From Psammoneis japonica (Eukaryota), in the NCBI GenBank assembly GCA_008632985.1, contig QPGO01000273.1:1-64000 (forward strand): a stretch of 64,000 bases of DNA, read 5' to 3'. Under the pieces are notes generated by a model. The model was not told the origin of the DNA. It saw only the letters and a list, made by a program, of their open reading frames with translations, and did no database searches. Both the position numbers and the translations under genes were made by a program. Shown here piece after piece: positions 48,853 through 60,999 of the stretch. Position 1 is the stretch's first letter. The number at the start of each line of letters is the position of its first letter.

Positions 48853-51800
48853 ATGGTTCTCACTCGTCAGCAACAAACCGATGGTTTCGAGCATGTTGTT
48901 GGAACCGTGCTTGCCCAAGGTGCTGGGAGTCCTCTTCGTTTGGCTTTGGCCCAAGACGGCACGGACTCGCATCAGGAACTGTTCACGTTCATGCCGTCCC
49001 AAATCGACTCGCTTGAGTGCGACAACGGCGCAATGCAATCCCTTTGCCCCGTGGTTGCAAGAACATGTTAGCAGCACTGGCCAGTCTGTACATTGTCAAA
49101 GCACACAAAGGTCTTGACGTTGCCAACGACTCCTCTTTGTTCACGCATGACGAGTTCCTTGCCTGCCGCCTCAGCCCCGACTGCATGTCTTCTGTGTCCA
49201 TCGGCAGCTCACCCCTTGCACCTCCACATGTCACCAACCCGACCAAGGCACGCGACCTGGTGCGAGACTTCAAGCGAGGCATCAAGCGTGATCCCACCGC
49301 TTTCACGGCTCTCAAATCTGACAAGCAGTGGCACACTTGGCACACCTCACTTGTGGCACAAGCCCGTGCCCAAGACGTCGAGTGCATTCTAGACTCGTCG
49401 TACAAACCGACCAGCCCCGAAGACAAACTGCTCTTTGCTGAACAGCAAAAGCACATGTTCGCCGTCTTCGAACGCATCCTTCTCACCGACAAGGGCAAGG
49501 CTCTCATTCGCGAAAATGTGGGGTCTTCTGACGCACAGACCGTCTGCCGCTCCTTGTCTGAGCACGCGCTTGCCTCCACCCGCGCATCTGTCGAGTCCTC
49601 CACCCTGCTCACGTACCTCACCACCGCACGTCTTGGTGATGGCACTTGGAAAGGTCCGACCCACGGGTTCATCCTTCATTGGCAAGATCAGTTGCGCAAG
49701 TGCGAGGCACTCATCCCCGCCAGTGACCACTTCTCTGAAGGACAGAAGCGCGTCATGCTCGAGAATGCCGTGCACCCTGTCGAGGAACTCCGTGCTGTCA
49801 AGAACCAAGCTGATCAGCATCGTACGCAGAGTGGCAAGAGCCTCACATACGATCAACACTGTGGCTTGCTCCTCTCCGCGGCAGCTCAGTGCGACAGCAC
49901 GTTTCAACCCAAGACGACACCTAGAGCTCCCCGACGCGCCACACACGCACACGACGTTTACTCCGAGGAACCGTCCGTCGATGTGTTCTGCGACATTGAC
50001 AGCGACATTGACGTCCTTCAAGCCAATGCTGCCTGCACCCGCGGTCCCAGCCTCACCGGTGTCCAATGGAGACGTCTCCCTCCCGACCACCAACGGCTCT
50101 GGGATTCGTTGCCCGATTCCTCCAAGGCGATCATCCTTGAGCATTCTCGTCCACCTCCCCGCAACCCGCGAGCCAGCAACTGCCATGAGTCTGTTACGGC
50201 CAACCTTCACGACCAACACCTTGGGAGTGACGGTGATGTCAACTTATCCAACACAACTCCTGCTGACTGTGGTGACTCCGCTGCACATGTGGACGCCACT
50301 TCGGATGATCCCATCCTGGCGCACCTCACCAAGCGCAAGCCACTGCCACCCGGTGATCTGCAACGTCTGTTGTCACCTAACCAAGCCCCCAATGCCAGTC
50401 GACCGGGGCCATCCACCGCTTCCTCTACCCCGCCAGCTCCTGCAGATGACACAGAACTTAACGGCCACACTTACCGCCGTGTTGACAACCACAATGTCAT
50501 TTGCTCTGCCTCTGCTCATCGCTCCACACGCACTGGCGCTCTAGTCGATCGTGGGGCCAACGGCGGCATTGCTGGCGACGACGTTCGCGTCATTGCACGC
50601 ACCTCTCGCCAAGTCGACGTTCAGGGCATTGACGATCACCAATTGGTGGACATCCCCATTGTCACCGCTGGTGCCGTCATTGAGACCCAGCGTGGTCCCG
50701 TCATCGCCATCCTCCATCAGTGCGCATGCACGGGAAAGGGCACGACCATCCATTCCTGCGGCCAGCTCGAATGGTGCAAACAGGATGTCAACGATCGCTC
50801 TGTCAAGGTGCCCAACGGCTTGCAACGTATTGCCACTCCTGATGGCTGTGTCATCCCCATTGACATCAAGGCTGGCCTGCCTTGTGTTGCCATGCGACCT
50901 TACACTGACGCCGAATGGGACACCCTGCCCCATGTCATCCTCACCGGTGATGACACATGGGACCCTTCCGTCCTCGATCACTCTGTCACTGACGACGACC
51001 AGTGGCACGACGCGATCTCTGACCACAGGACGATCCCACCGCCAACCCATTTGACGAATGCGGCAACTACCGTCACCGTGTCGTTGTCAATGAGACCATC
51101 TTGTCCGCTTCCTTGTCTGCCGATCACGCGTCCGCCCTCGATGATCACCTCATTCCGAATGACGACGTGTTCTACGAGTGTCATCTACATGCGATTGACC
51201 CCCAGGGCGATGACGTTCCACCTCCGGAGCGCACTGCACAGCCCAAGGACCCCCCCTTCGAGTCTCTTCGGCCTTGCTTTGGCTTCCTACCTGCCGATGC
51301 GGTCCGTCGTACTTTTGACTGCACCACGCAGTGCGCCCGCATGCCCGCCGGTGCACACCTTCGCAAGGCCTACAAATCACCCAACCCCGCCCTTAATGTG
51401 CACCGCCGCAACGAGCCTGTCGCCACTGACACCGTTTGTGCCGACACCCCGGCCGTCGACTCTGGTTGCACCAGCGCCCAACTGTTTGTTGGCACCGAGT
51501 CTACCGTCACTGACGTCTACGGCACTAAGACGGACAAAGAGTTTGTCAACACACTCGAGGATCAGATCCGTGAACGTGGTGCCCCATCCAAACTCATTGG
51601 CGACCGTGCTCAAGTTGAGATCAGCAACAAAGTGCTCGGGATCCCACGCGCCCTCTTCATCTCCAGCTGGCAAAGTGAGCCTCACCAGCAACACCAAAAC
51701 TTTGCCGAGCGTCGACACCAGACCGTGAAGCGCATGGCGAACACTGTCATGGACCGTTTTGGTTCGCCCGCCCACACATGGCTGCTGGCGCTCATGTGCG

Positions 51801-54520
51801 TGTGCTTCACACTCAACCACACAGCGTCCCCACGTCTCCACTGGCGCACGCCCCTCGAGACTCTCACTGGATCCACCCCGGACATCAGCCCATTGCTTCG
51901 CTTTCACTGGTGGGAACCAGTGCACTTCCACCTCGATGACTCTGATTGGCCGTCCGAATCCCGTGAGTTGCGTGGACGCTTCGTTGGCATTGCTGAGCAC
52001 GTCGGCCACCAGATGACCTTCAAGATCCTATCTGACGAGACTCAGAAGATCCTCTGCCGGTCCAACGTTCGCTCCGCTACCCCCGATCCTGCCGTTCGAA
52101 ACCTGCGTCTTGATCCTCCTGATGGGGAGCCACCTGAACCCATCATCAAATCTCGCCATGACGACAACCCCGTCGATTCTCCTGATGGGGAGATCAGGAC
52201 ACCCAAGATGCCAGTTTTCGATCCGCAAGACATCATTGGACGTACCTTCCTCATGCAGCCACAAGAGGACGGACAACGCCACAGAGCTCGCATCGTCAAG
52301 GCCGTCGAAGACCACGAATGGAAAGTGAACGGCAATCCCGAGCTCACTAAGCTCGTCTGCTCTGTCAACAATGACGAACACGAGGAAGTCCTTGCCTGCA
52401 ATGACATCATGAATCACATTGAGCAAGAAGACGAAGACACCACCATTTGGAAATTTCGACGCATCGCATCACACGAAGGACCTCTGAAGCCTCACGACCC
52501 AACCTGGAAAGGCTCAAGCTACAACATCATGCTTGAATGGGAAAGTGGGGAGATCACGTCCGAGCCTCTTGCCATCATCGCCAAGGACGACCCCGTCACC
52601 TGTGCCATCTATGCACGAGAGAACGGACTCCTCGACACGGATGGCTGGAAGCGGTTCCGCACTGTCGCGAGGCACCAAAAGAAGCCATTTCGCATGGCCA
52701 ACCAAGCCAAGCTTCGCTCCTTCCGCACTGCACCTCGCTACAAGTACGGATACGAAGTTCCCCGGAACTACAAACACGCCATGTCACTAGACGAACGCAA
52801 CGGCAACCGCAAGTGGGGAGACGCAACTAATCTCGAGATGGACCAACTCGACGAATACGAAGTCTTCCATGACTGCGGGCCCTTCAAGTCTTCCACTCCT
52901 CCTGCGGGACACAAGAAGATCCGAGTGCACCTGGTGTGCGACGTGAAACACGACGGTCACCACAAGGCACGACTCGCAGCCGACGGGCACCTCACGGACG
53001 TACCCATCGACAGTGTCTGCTCCGGAGTAGTCTCCCTCCGTGGCCTTCGGCTGATGATTTTCCTGGCCGAACTCAACGAGCTGGAGACATGGGCCACCGA
53101 CATTGGCAATGCCTGCCTTGAAGCCACCACCAAGGAGAAGCTTTACATTGTAGCTGGACCCGAATTTGGCAAACTCGAAGGACACATCCTTGTCATCCAC
53201 AAGGCACTGTGTGGACTGCGCAGCTCCGGTCTCCGCTGGCACGAGCACTTCGCCGACTGCCTGCGAGCTGAAGGCTTCTTCCCCTGCCGCGCCGAACCCG
53301 ACATTTGGATGCGCAGGAACGGCGACCACCATGAATGCATTGCCGTTTATGTGGATGACCTCGCCATTGCCATGAAGGACCCTCAATCTTTCGTCGACAC
53401 TCTCACGGAAAAGTGCAAGTTCAAGCTCAAGGGTGCGGGACCCATTGAGTTCCATCTGGGTTGCGACTTTTCCCGGGACCCCGACGGAACCTTGTGCCTG
53501 TCTCCGCGCAAGTACATCGAGCGCATGGTCGACAGTCATGCCCGACTGTTTGGGGAGAAACCTGCCACCAACGCCCTGTCACCTCTAGAGAAGGGTGACC
53601 ACCCCGAACTGGACACTTCCGAACTGCTGGGACCCGATGGCATTCACAAGTTCCAGTCTCTTGTTGGTTCACTCCAATGGGCAGTGTCCCTTGGTCGAAT
53701 TGACATCACCACGGCTGTCATGTCACTCTCTAGCTTCCGAGCTGCGCCCCGTCAAGGCCACTTGGATCGTGCCAAACGCGTCTGTGGGTGCCTCTCCAAG
53801 ATGCGACACGGTGCTCTCCGCGTTCGCACGGAAGAGCCCGACCATTCGGATCTCCCTGCTCCGGCCTATGAATGGATGCATTCCGTGCATGGTGAAGCAG
53901 AAGAGATGATCCCGAAGGACGCTCCACCGCCCCTTGGCAAGTTCGTCACTACCACCCACTACGTCGATGCAAACTTGTGCCATTGCATGCTCACCGGACG
54001 CTCTGTCATGGGAATGCTCCACTTCCTCAACAAATTCCCGGCTGATTGGTTCTCTAAGAAACAAGCCACCGTGGAGACTGCGACCTGCGGGTCTGAATTT
54101 GTTGCCGCAAGGACTTGTGTTGAGCAGATTGTCGACCTGCGCATCACCCTGCGCTGCCTTGGCGTCCCGATCCGTAACGTCAGTTGCATGTTCGGTGACA
54201 ACAAGTCGGTTGTAGACAGTGCCACCATCCCGCACTCCAAGTTACACAAGCGACACACCGCACTGTCGTTCCACCGTGTGCGCGAGGCAATTGCCTCTGG
54301 TTGCCTTGAGTTCCACTTCATCGAAGGCTCCCGCAACCCTGCTGACATTCTCAGCAAGCATTGGGGTTGCTCCCAAATCTGGGACCTTCTCCGCCCCCTC
54401 ATGTTCTGGAACTTCATTCCATCCGAAGTCGAATCTGTTTCTGTGGCTCCTCAAGCAAACTGGGGAGTGACAGGATTTGAACAGGATTTAGGTGCGCGCG
54501 AAGCATCGCGCGCTGTTTAG
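48853..54520 (+). pseudogene. gag-pol polyprotein of copy 2; 1-bp deletions ~49030 and ~51025
   Basis: Same PR/IN/RT/RH motifs as copy 1; the 1139-aa IN-RT-RH ORF ends inside the 3' LTR. Confidence 0.93.
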
Positions 54521-54743
54521 TTTACCGTGCACAGTTTTGTGTGCTTTAGTTCCGCGCGTTCACGCGCGATGCAGTTTGCTTTCGAGCCACAAGGCTCACA
54601 AGAATAACAACAGTAGCCCGATCACACTGACTTGCACGTCTTTCGGCTCCTGTGACGGTCTCTGAGTGGAGACTCATCTGCCATTTAGACAGCAGTAAGG
54701 AGTCATTGTTTGAATTCTTGCCATTTGCCTTCAATTTCTGTCA
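54468..54743 (+). repeat. 3' LTR of copia copy 2
   Basis: Direct repeat of 47633-47908. Confidence 0.97.
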
Positions 54744-54982
54744 GGGCTGCAGCAACCAACAAGGAACAGTGGCTGTCATGTGGCTGACAACATTTTGTCT
54801 TTTGTTTCAATCAAAAACATTTTCAAAGCATGCCTTGGCATTGACATGCACTGCAACATCAACGTTTGTTGTTCCATGTCAAAAATGCAGTGAACAGATC
54901 ATCAGTGGTGGCATTTTCTTCACATCATCACACAGCGCCATGCGTCATCATGCCAACACAGATTTTCTGCACTGCACAACAT

Positions 54983-55128
54983 GTTTGAGCAATTGCTCAA
55001 ACTTGCAAAAGTTTGAGCAATCTCAAAGTCTGAGCATTTGCCAAAGCTTGCTGGAAGTTTGAGGAATTGCTCAAACTTGCCAAGGTTGAGAAAATGATGG
55101 ATGCAAGTTTGAGCAATTGCTCAAACTT
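54983..55128. repeat. Cluster of palindromic repeats AAGTTTGAGCAATTGCTCAAACTT
   Basis: Perfect palindrome at 55105-55128, near-perfect copies at 54983 and 55055, degenerate copies between. Confidence 0.8.
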
Positions 55129-56090
55129 TTGGTTGGAAAAGCCAAGACTGGAGCTCACAGTCATGACCATTTGGCATGACTTGGTGTTCGCTCATGTCCG
55201 TTGCAATTGTGCGCATGCACGTGTTTGAGCAGTTTTCCTGGTGCTGCACGGGATTCATGCCCCCCAGCTTGTGGAGGAATGTCTTTGATGGCTCCCTGGC
55301 AAAGGTTTGCTCCAGCTCCATTAAAAAGACCTCTAAGCTCCATTGCAGTGGTGCCGCCAATGGACACATTTGTTGGATCACTGCATGCAAGGGCGGCAGA
55401 ACCCCCCACACTTTGACAAATGTTTTTTTTTTCTCAAACCTGTGAACTCAGAAAAAAATCAGGGGAAGTGCTCAATGTCAAAGATGGCAAGCCCTGGGGC
55501 TGCAGCAAGCAACATTTCCTCAACTTGACTCACTGCACCATTCACAAACATGGAATCAAAAATGTCAACTTTAAATCCATTTCCATTTTCAGCCAGCCAA
55601 ATTGCTTCTTCTTCCTGTGCAACCAGGAAAGTCCAGACACAAAGACAAGGTCGTGCATTTTTTCACAAATCACAAAAACAATGTGATGGCTGCTTGGCAC
55701 TGGCAGATTTAGCTGAATCATGCTTGACGCTGCAACAAATGATGATGATGATGATGATGCCTGATGGGTCATTGGGGAAATGCAGGACACCTCCAAAGCC
55801 AAGACCAAGAATCTGTTGAAGGTGTGACAACTCCCAATCTTGGTCACAAAGAAAAAGTCATGTGAGAGTGAGCACCGGCTGTTGCCTGCACACACATCAG
55901 TGACCACCAAGTTGTGAAAAAGTTGGTGTTCTCAAAAGTCCAAAATTGTTGTCCATTGCATCTCGCTGTTTCAGAATCCTGCCTCCCTGCACACGGCACA
56001 TGGAGAGAAATGAGTTCATGATTCAACACATCTTTTTTCAGATGCACTGCAAACACTTGCTGTTGGCACATCATTTGCCAAAAGGAGGCA

Positions 56091-56488
56091 CGACGCGTTC
56101 CAGACGTAGGTGGGAATCCGTGTGACATTGGGCCCGTAGACTTCTACGTGCGAGCTCCGTAGTAAAATTATACGGTAATTAAAATGTCAATGATCGCCAA
56201 CAGAAAATGAGGCAATTTTGCGAACGCACAAACTCGCCCATGATTGAAGTACATCATTTTTTACTTAGCCATTTACATTCTTCAGACATTGAAGAATGTA
56301 ACTGGCGCATTGTTGTTTCTATAAATTCGTTATATAAAACGTCTGGGGCTTCGCAAAACAGCGAGTCTGGACAATTTTTTTTTAATATCACACGTAGAAA
56401 GCTACGTGCGAAACATACGACGGATGATAAAAATTATTTGTGTCACACGTCAGCACTACGAGCTCCCACCTAGGGCTGGAACGCGTCG
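56091..56488. mobile_element. 398-bp MITE with ~31-bp imperfect TIRs and a 2-bp CA duplication
   Basis: Left end CGACGCGTTCCAGacgTAGGTGGGA; right end reverse complement CGACGCGTTCCAGcccTAGGTGGGA; AT-rich non-coding interior that keeps TA and CG. Confidence 0.88.
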
Positions 56489-56499
56489 CACTTTTTGAA

Positions 56500-57230
56500 A
56501 AGAAAGACGCCGTTCTCATCAGATCTCACAAAGCCAACCCCACTGCTTGTCTGCTGCATTGTTTCAGAACCAGACAGAAATTGTCAGAAGCAAAATGAGT
56601 TGCAAATGATTTTCCAAACAAGGAATCCAGTCAAAGCTCATGTCAGAATCATCTTCAAAGTTTTCAAAGGTGACTCCAATTGCGGCAAGTCTGCCAAAGT
56701 GCCATTCCACGTGCTCCCAAAAGCAAGGGCACTTTTGCCTCCTTCCAAGGTGCAATTCAAGTCAATTCAATCCCAAAAATTGCACTGCCTCAAGGGCTGC
56801 CACCTGTGTTGAGCTCAGTCATGCCTGCTTGTCCCAGCAATCCACAACTCTGTGCCGGACCTGTGCAGCCCACATGCATGGATTTTCCACCAAGTTGCAC
56901 TGACATTGAAAAAAGAATCATTGCACCCTTGCAAATGCACAAAAGAGTCAGCCTGCAGGAATTTGTGATGGCATCTCTCAGCAGACTAAAGTTGCCAGAA
57001 TCAAACCATTTGATGACTCTTCCCAAACAGGGGTTGTCATTGGACAGTTCTCCAGCCAAGAGCTTGGCTTTGCAGCCATCACCTCTGATGACTGCTGGGT
57101 GGGACACTGAGAGGGCAACTGAGAGGGTCGTTCAGAGGACTGCTGTGAAGGATCATGCTGCCTGTGAAGGCTGCAGTGAGGGACATTGAGAGGGTGACTG
57201 AGAGGGCCAGAGTGTTGCACTGGCCTGTTT
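56500..57230 (-). pseudogene. Possible decayed gene for a Pro/Ser-repeat, LRR-like protein
   Basis: Minus strand reads PSQSPSQCPSLQPSQ...PSQLPSQCPTQQ and later GTLADLPQLESPLKTL; lies in a hypermutated domain. Confidence 0.3.
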
Positions 57231-59682
57231 TAAACCCCATTTCCCTTTCCCCCTTCTTGCCTGACTCAAACACAACCCCCAGGATGCAAGCAGCCAAAAA
57301 ACCACCACATGAGGGACATTTGTCACAGGTCAATTGCCAGCACAGAGGGCTTGGATGCTGTGTCAACAAGGAAAATGCAGTCCGACTGCTGCAAGAATGT
57401 GAGCTCAAGTCACATCCCTGCCCCTCAATGCTTCCCCACCTGAAATTTCAAATTCAAATTTTTGCAAACATGATTCATGACCATGTGAAAAAATTGAGAA
57501 CAAAGGAGAGAGGCGTGCACCAAATTTGCTGCCACAAGTGAGCGAGAACATCCAAAAAGGTGCAGTTGCTCAAATTTGTTGTCAAGACCACTGCCATTGC
57601 AAGCATGGCTGGTGGGTGGCATGGAATGACCTCACATGCATTGGGTGTCTTTGAAGACATGAGTGTCATTCAAAAAGCTCCTCAAGAGGTGTGTTGGACA
57701 AGCTGCTGCTGCTGGCTGCAGCACACCCCACTCTCCACCACAAATTTTTGCATCCTCAACTGCACCATGCATGCTTTGCATGCCCTGACAGAGGCTCATG
57801 TGGAGGGCAGCAACACTCATGGAAGTGAGAAAGTCCAGTTTCTTGACCCTCAAAGCAGCTGCTTGTCACAAGCTTCATTTCAGCCTGCTTGATGTCAGAG
57901 CTTGCAGAAATTTTGGCACAGTGTGCTCACATCTGTCTCAGCCAGACTCCGTCAAGACAGCTGAGGCTCAAGTCAACAGGTGAAAGAAGCTGTGCCACAA
58001 AGAAGCCACTCAGCTTGCCACCATTGAAGCCAAGCTGTGTAACTTTGCAAGCACAAATTTACAAAAAGCCTCTTCCAAAGCCTGCTGTGCCACAGCCAAA
58101 GAAAACATGCACAACGGCATTGTCGTTGGTTGCTGCACTTGCTGGAACCTTGGCTTTGTCTTTAATTTAAGACCAACCAAGGGCATCACTTTGCAAGGGA
58201 TGATGTCATTGCCACCCCAAATGTCCAGAAGCATCTTTGGGTTAAAGTGAAATTGCAAGTGCCCCACCAAGGTGTGCAGTGCTGTCCAGCTTCACACAGT
58301 CTGATGTTTTCGTCACCAGACCCACAGCATCCAAAGCAACAAGACAAGCACATCTGCTGGATGATGGCACTGAACAAGGCACAGAGCCACCTTTTTTTGA
58401 AAACCAACAACAACAACAAGAGCTGCCTGGCCATTTTGGCCACTCTTGGAGCCATCACACCTCATGACTGAATTTGCAGACTTGCTTTTGTCAGCCATCC
58501 AGTTGAGCTCCAACTGAGCAAATGACAGTGGACTTGCACACACTTTGATGTCATGGTGTGCAGCCCACACATCTGCGCGCACATGCAGTGGCACACTGCT
58601 CTCTGTGCAGCTTTTCAAAAATTGACAAAATGCCCAGCGGAGGGTGCAATGTTGTTGAGCTGCAAGGATCGTCATTGTTGCGCTCAAGCAACGGGAATTG
58701 AAAACATGCCAAAGGCCATGTGTGCTGTTGAGTGCCTTGTGCTTTTTCAGAGTTTCTTGCAGTGGCTGCTCCTCTCAAACACAGCTGAAAAAGCAGGGTG
58801 CAAGTGGCGCCCAAGAACAGCTGCTGCTGCATCATGGTGGACACATCTTGTGGTTTGGTTTTTAGCTTCAGGGGCAGTTGAGGTCATGTTGATGACAAAG
58901 GCTGTGCAGTTGTTTGTTGGGAGAAAAATTTGTTTGAGGAAGTCCTTGTGGCTGAAAACTGCATCATTGTTTCATCTGCACACAATTGCCCTCATCAAAA
59001 AGTCTGCAAAACTCAAGACAGAGACCGCAAAAGATTTCTCAAGCACTGTGATTGGAAACATGCAAGAGATGGCCAAGAGGAGAAAAATGATCTTGTCAAA
59101 TGGAGAGATGCTCTTTTGGTGTGAAAGTGAGTGCAAAGTTGAGTTGCATGGGAGTGGTGTGCGGGAGAGGTCATCTTCCATTTTTCTCTGCATGGCAGCC
59201 AACCTTGGGTTGAGCTGCAACCTGGGTTGAGCCTCACCGTGAGGCAGGTTGATGGGTGTCAGGGAGTGCTGTGCGAGGATTTTTCCCCTTCTTCTCTGCA
59301 TGATGATGCAAGATTTCTCCATTGCTCAGCTTGTGTTGGCAATTGTTTGTGCCATTGTTGTTTCGTCATGCACCTGCTGTGCAACAGGGTTGTGGCCAAT
59401 GTGCTGAACGCCGGTTTCCGGCAGTTGTCGGACTCATTCATGCGGGCGGTGCTGGTGTCCGCACGTTGAAGTTGAAGCAGGGCTACAACCTTCGCCCATG
59501 TAGAAATCTGCGCATTCGTCGTACTGGCACTTTTGAAAATTCTGCATGTTGTTTGTGTTGATTGATTGAGTGATGGGTGACGGGTCGTGTCAGCAGTGAC
59601 ACAAGACACAACATCATCATGTTCTCCAAGGGAGGCCATGACATGCACAACTGAAAACCGTCAAAAGATTCTTTGATCGAAG

Positions 59683-59775
59683 ATGATCCTTCCAGGACCT
59701 TTACGTCTCCTTGCTTTGTCTGCCGCTGTGGAGGTGGCTAAGGCCGCTTCCCTTGTCGACCCATCTTCGCCATCT
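59683..59775 (+). CDS. 5' part (signal peptide) of the DBH-like monooxygenase, cut off by a transposon
   Basis: MILPGPLRLLALSAAVEVAKAASLVDPSSPS joins in frame to 62669 when the element and one TSD are removed. Confidence 0.8.
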
Positions 59776-60709
59776 TCATCGTGGAACCCCGCAAATGCGG
59801 CAATTTTTTCACATTCGTGGCCGGTTTAAAGGAAAAGGGAAAAAAGGAGGGGATTCCGACAGTTGAACACACACACAATTTGACCATGCAACCAGGGCCA
59901 GAGTTGCACTGGCTTCTTTTGGTCCAGGGTGGTTGCTGCAGGTGCAAAGAGTGGGGCACATTGCAGCTGCAGGAGGGCAACAATGTGACTCTGAGTGTGT
60001 GCTGCCAAGCTGAGAAGCCCAGCTTGGTTGTGAGCCAAGCCCTGCCAGGCCTGCTGCCCTGGCTCCACAGCTGCTCCTCCCAGTGTGTGCATCAATTGTT
60101 GAAGGAGCACCACATTGACTCAAAGGCTGTGTTTTGGGTGGAACAGAGAGGGAAAGAATTGTTGTCCTCTTGACTGGTGCTTGCTTCAGACCCCGCATCA
60201 TGAGCACAAGCTCCTCTTGAGAAATGAGTGAGAGACACTTCACACAGTCATTTTTGGTGCCTCTCTTTGGCTGCCCACTTGGCATTGCCAACAAACTCTT
60301 GAACCCAACCTCACTCACAATTTCTTCACCCTTCAACCACAAAAGCAGGCTCAACTTTTTGTTGGCTTTTTTGTGGCCAGGGATCACTGTTGCAGGCACA
60401 AATGGTGGGCACATGCCATGTGGCTCTGCTTGGCAACAATGTGATGCCAAGCAAGCATGTGCCACCCACCAAGGAGCCAAGCAGCCCAGCTCAGCTTTGA
60501 ATGGAGCTCCAGGACAGCAGCCAGCTCTTGGTGCTCCCAGCATGGCTTGCTTGCTCAAGCTGTGCTGCATTCACCCCACAATGCTCTGTGTTGTGGTGGC
60601 TTGTTGCAAGCCATGAGGAGTCTGCAGTTGGCCAGGGGCCCATTTTGTGAAGGCCACACATGTTGTGTGAGGGGCCAGGTGCAGAGATCTGCAACAACAG
60701 CTTGTGGCT

Positions 60710-60999
60710 GTTGGCACCAAGTTGGCATTTGATTGGGAGTCAGTGCTGAGGGGCTGTGAAGTGGCTGTGCTGGGGTCAGGAGCCCAGCCAGCTCACACTC
60801 TCTTGTTGTCACAAATTGCTGTCACAGCTGTCTTTGCATTGCAACCAGCCAGGTGCAGTTGGTCCCAAGCTGGCACTTGATTTGGAGTGACTGCCAAGGA
60901 ACTGTGAAGTGTGGGGTTGGGCAGTCCAGCCAGCTCACACTCTTTGCTGACAGCAGAAAGTGCTGTCACACCTGTCTTTGCATTGTGGTGCCAGCCAGG
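60710..60999. repeat. Degenerate tandem duplication, ~147-bp unit x2
   Basis: Shared blocks CCAGCCAGCTCACACTCT, TGCTGTCACA.CTGTCTTTGCATTG and CCAGCCAGG. Confidence 0.65.

Larger units (their letters stand above)
47633..54743 (+). mobile_element. Full-length Ty1/copia LTR retrotransposon (CoDi-like), copy 2, defective
   Basis: 276-bp LTRs at 47633-47908 and 54468-54743; 5-bp TSD GGGCT at 47628-47632 and 54744-54748; purine tract GGGGAG before the 3' LTR. Confidence 0.97.

Noticed and set aside
47633..54743. Classical RIP (CpA->TpA), ADAR-type RNA editing or DGR-type mutagenesis as the cause
   Set aside because: Conserved Tyr sites and the LTR comparisons give the opposite direction to RIP. 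Changes are on both strands and post-integration, are transitions rather than A->N, and there is no template/variable repeat pair.
54983..55128. CRISPR-like palindromic repeats
   Set aside because: Spacers are very short and irregular, there are no cas genes, and the context is eukaryotic.
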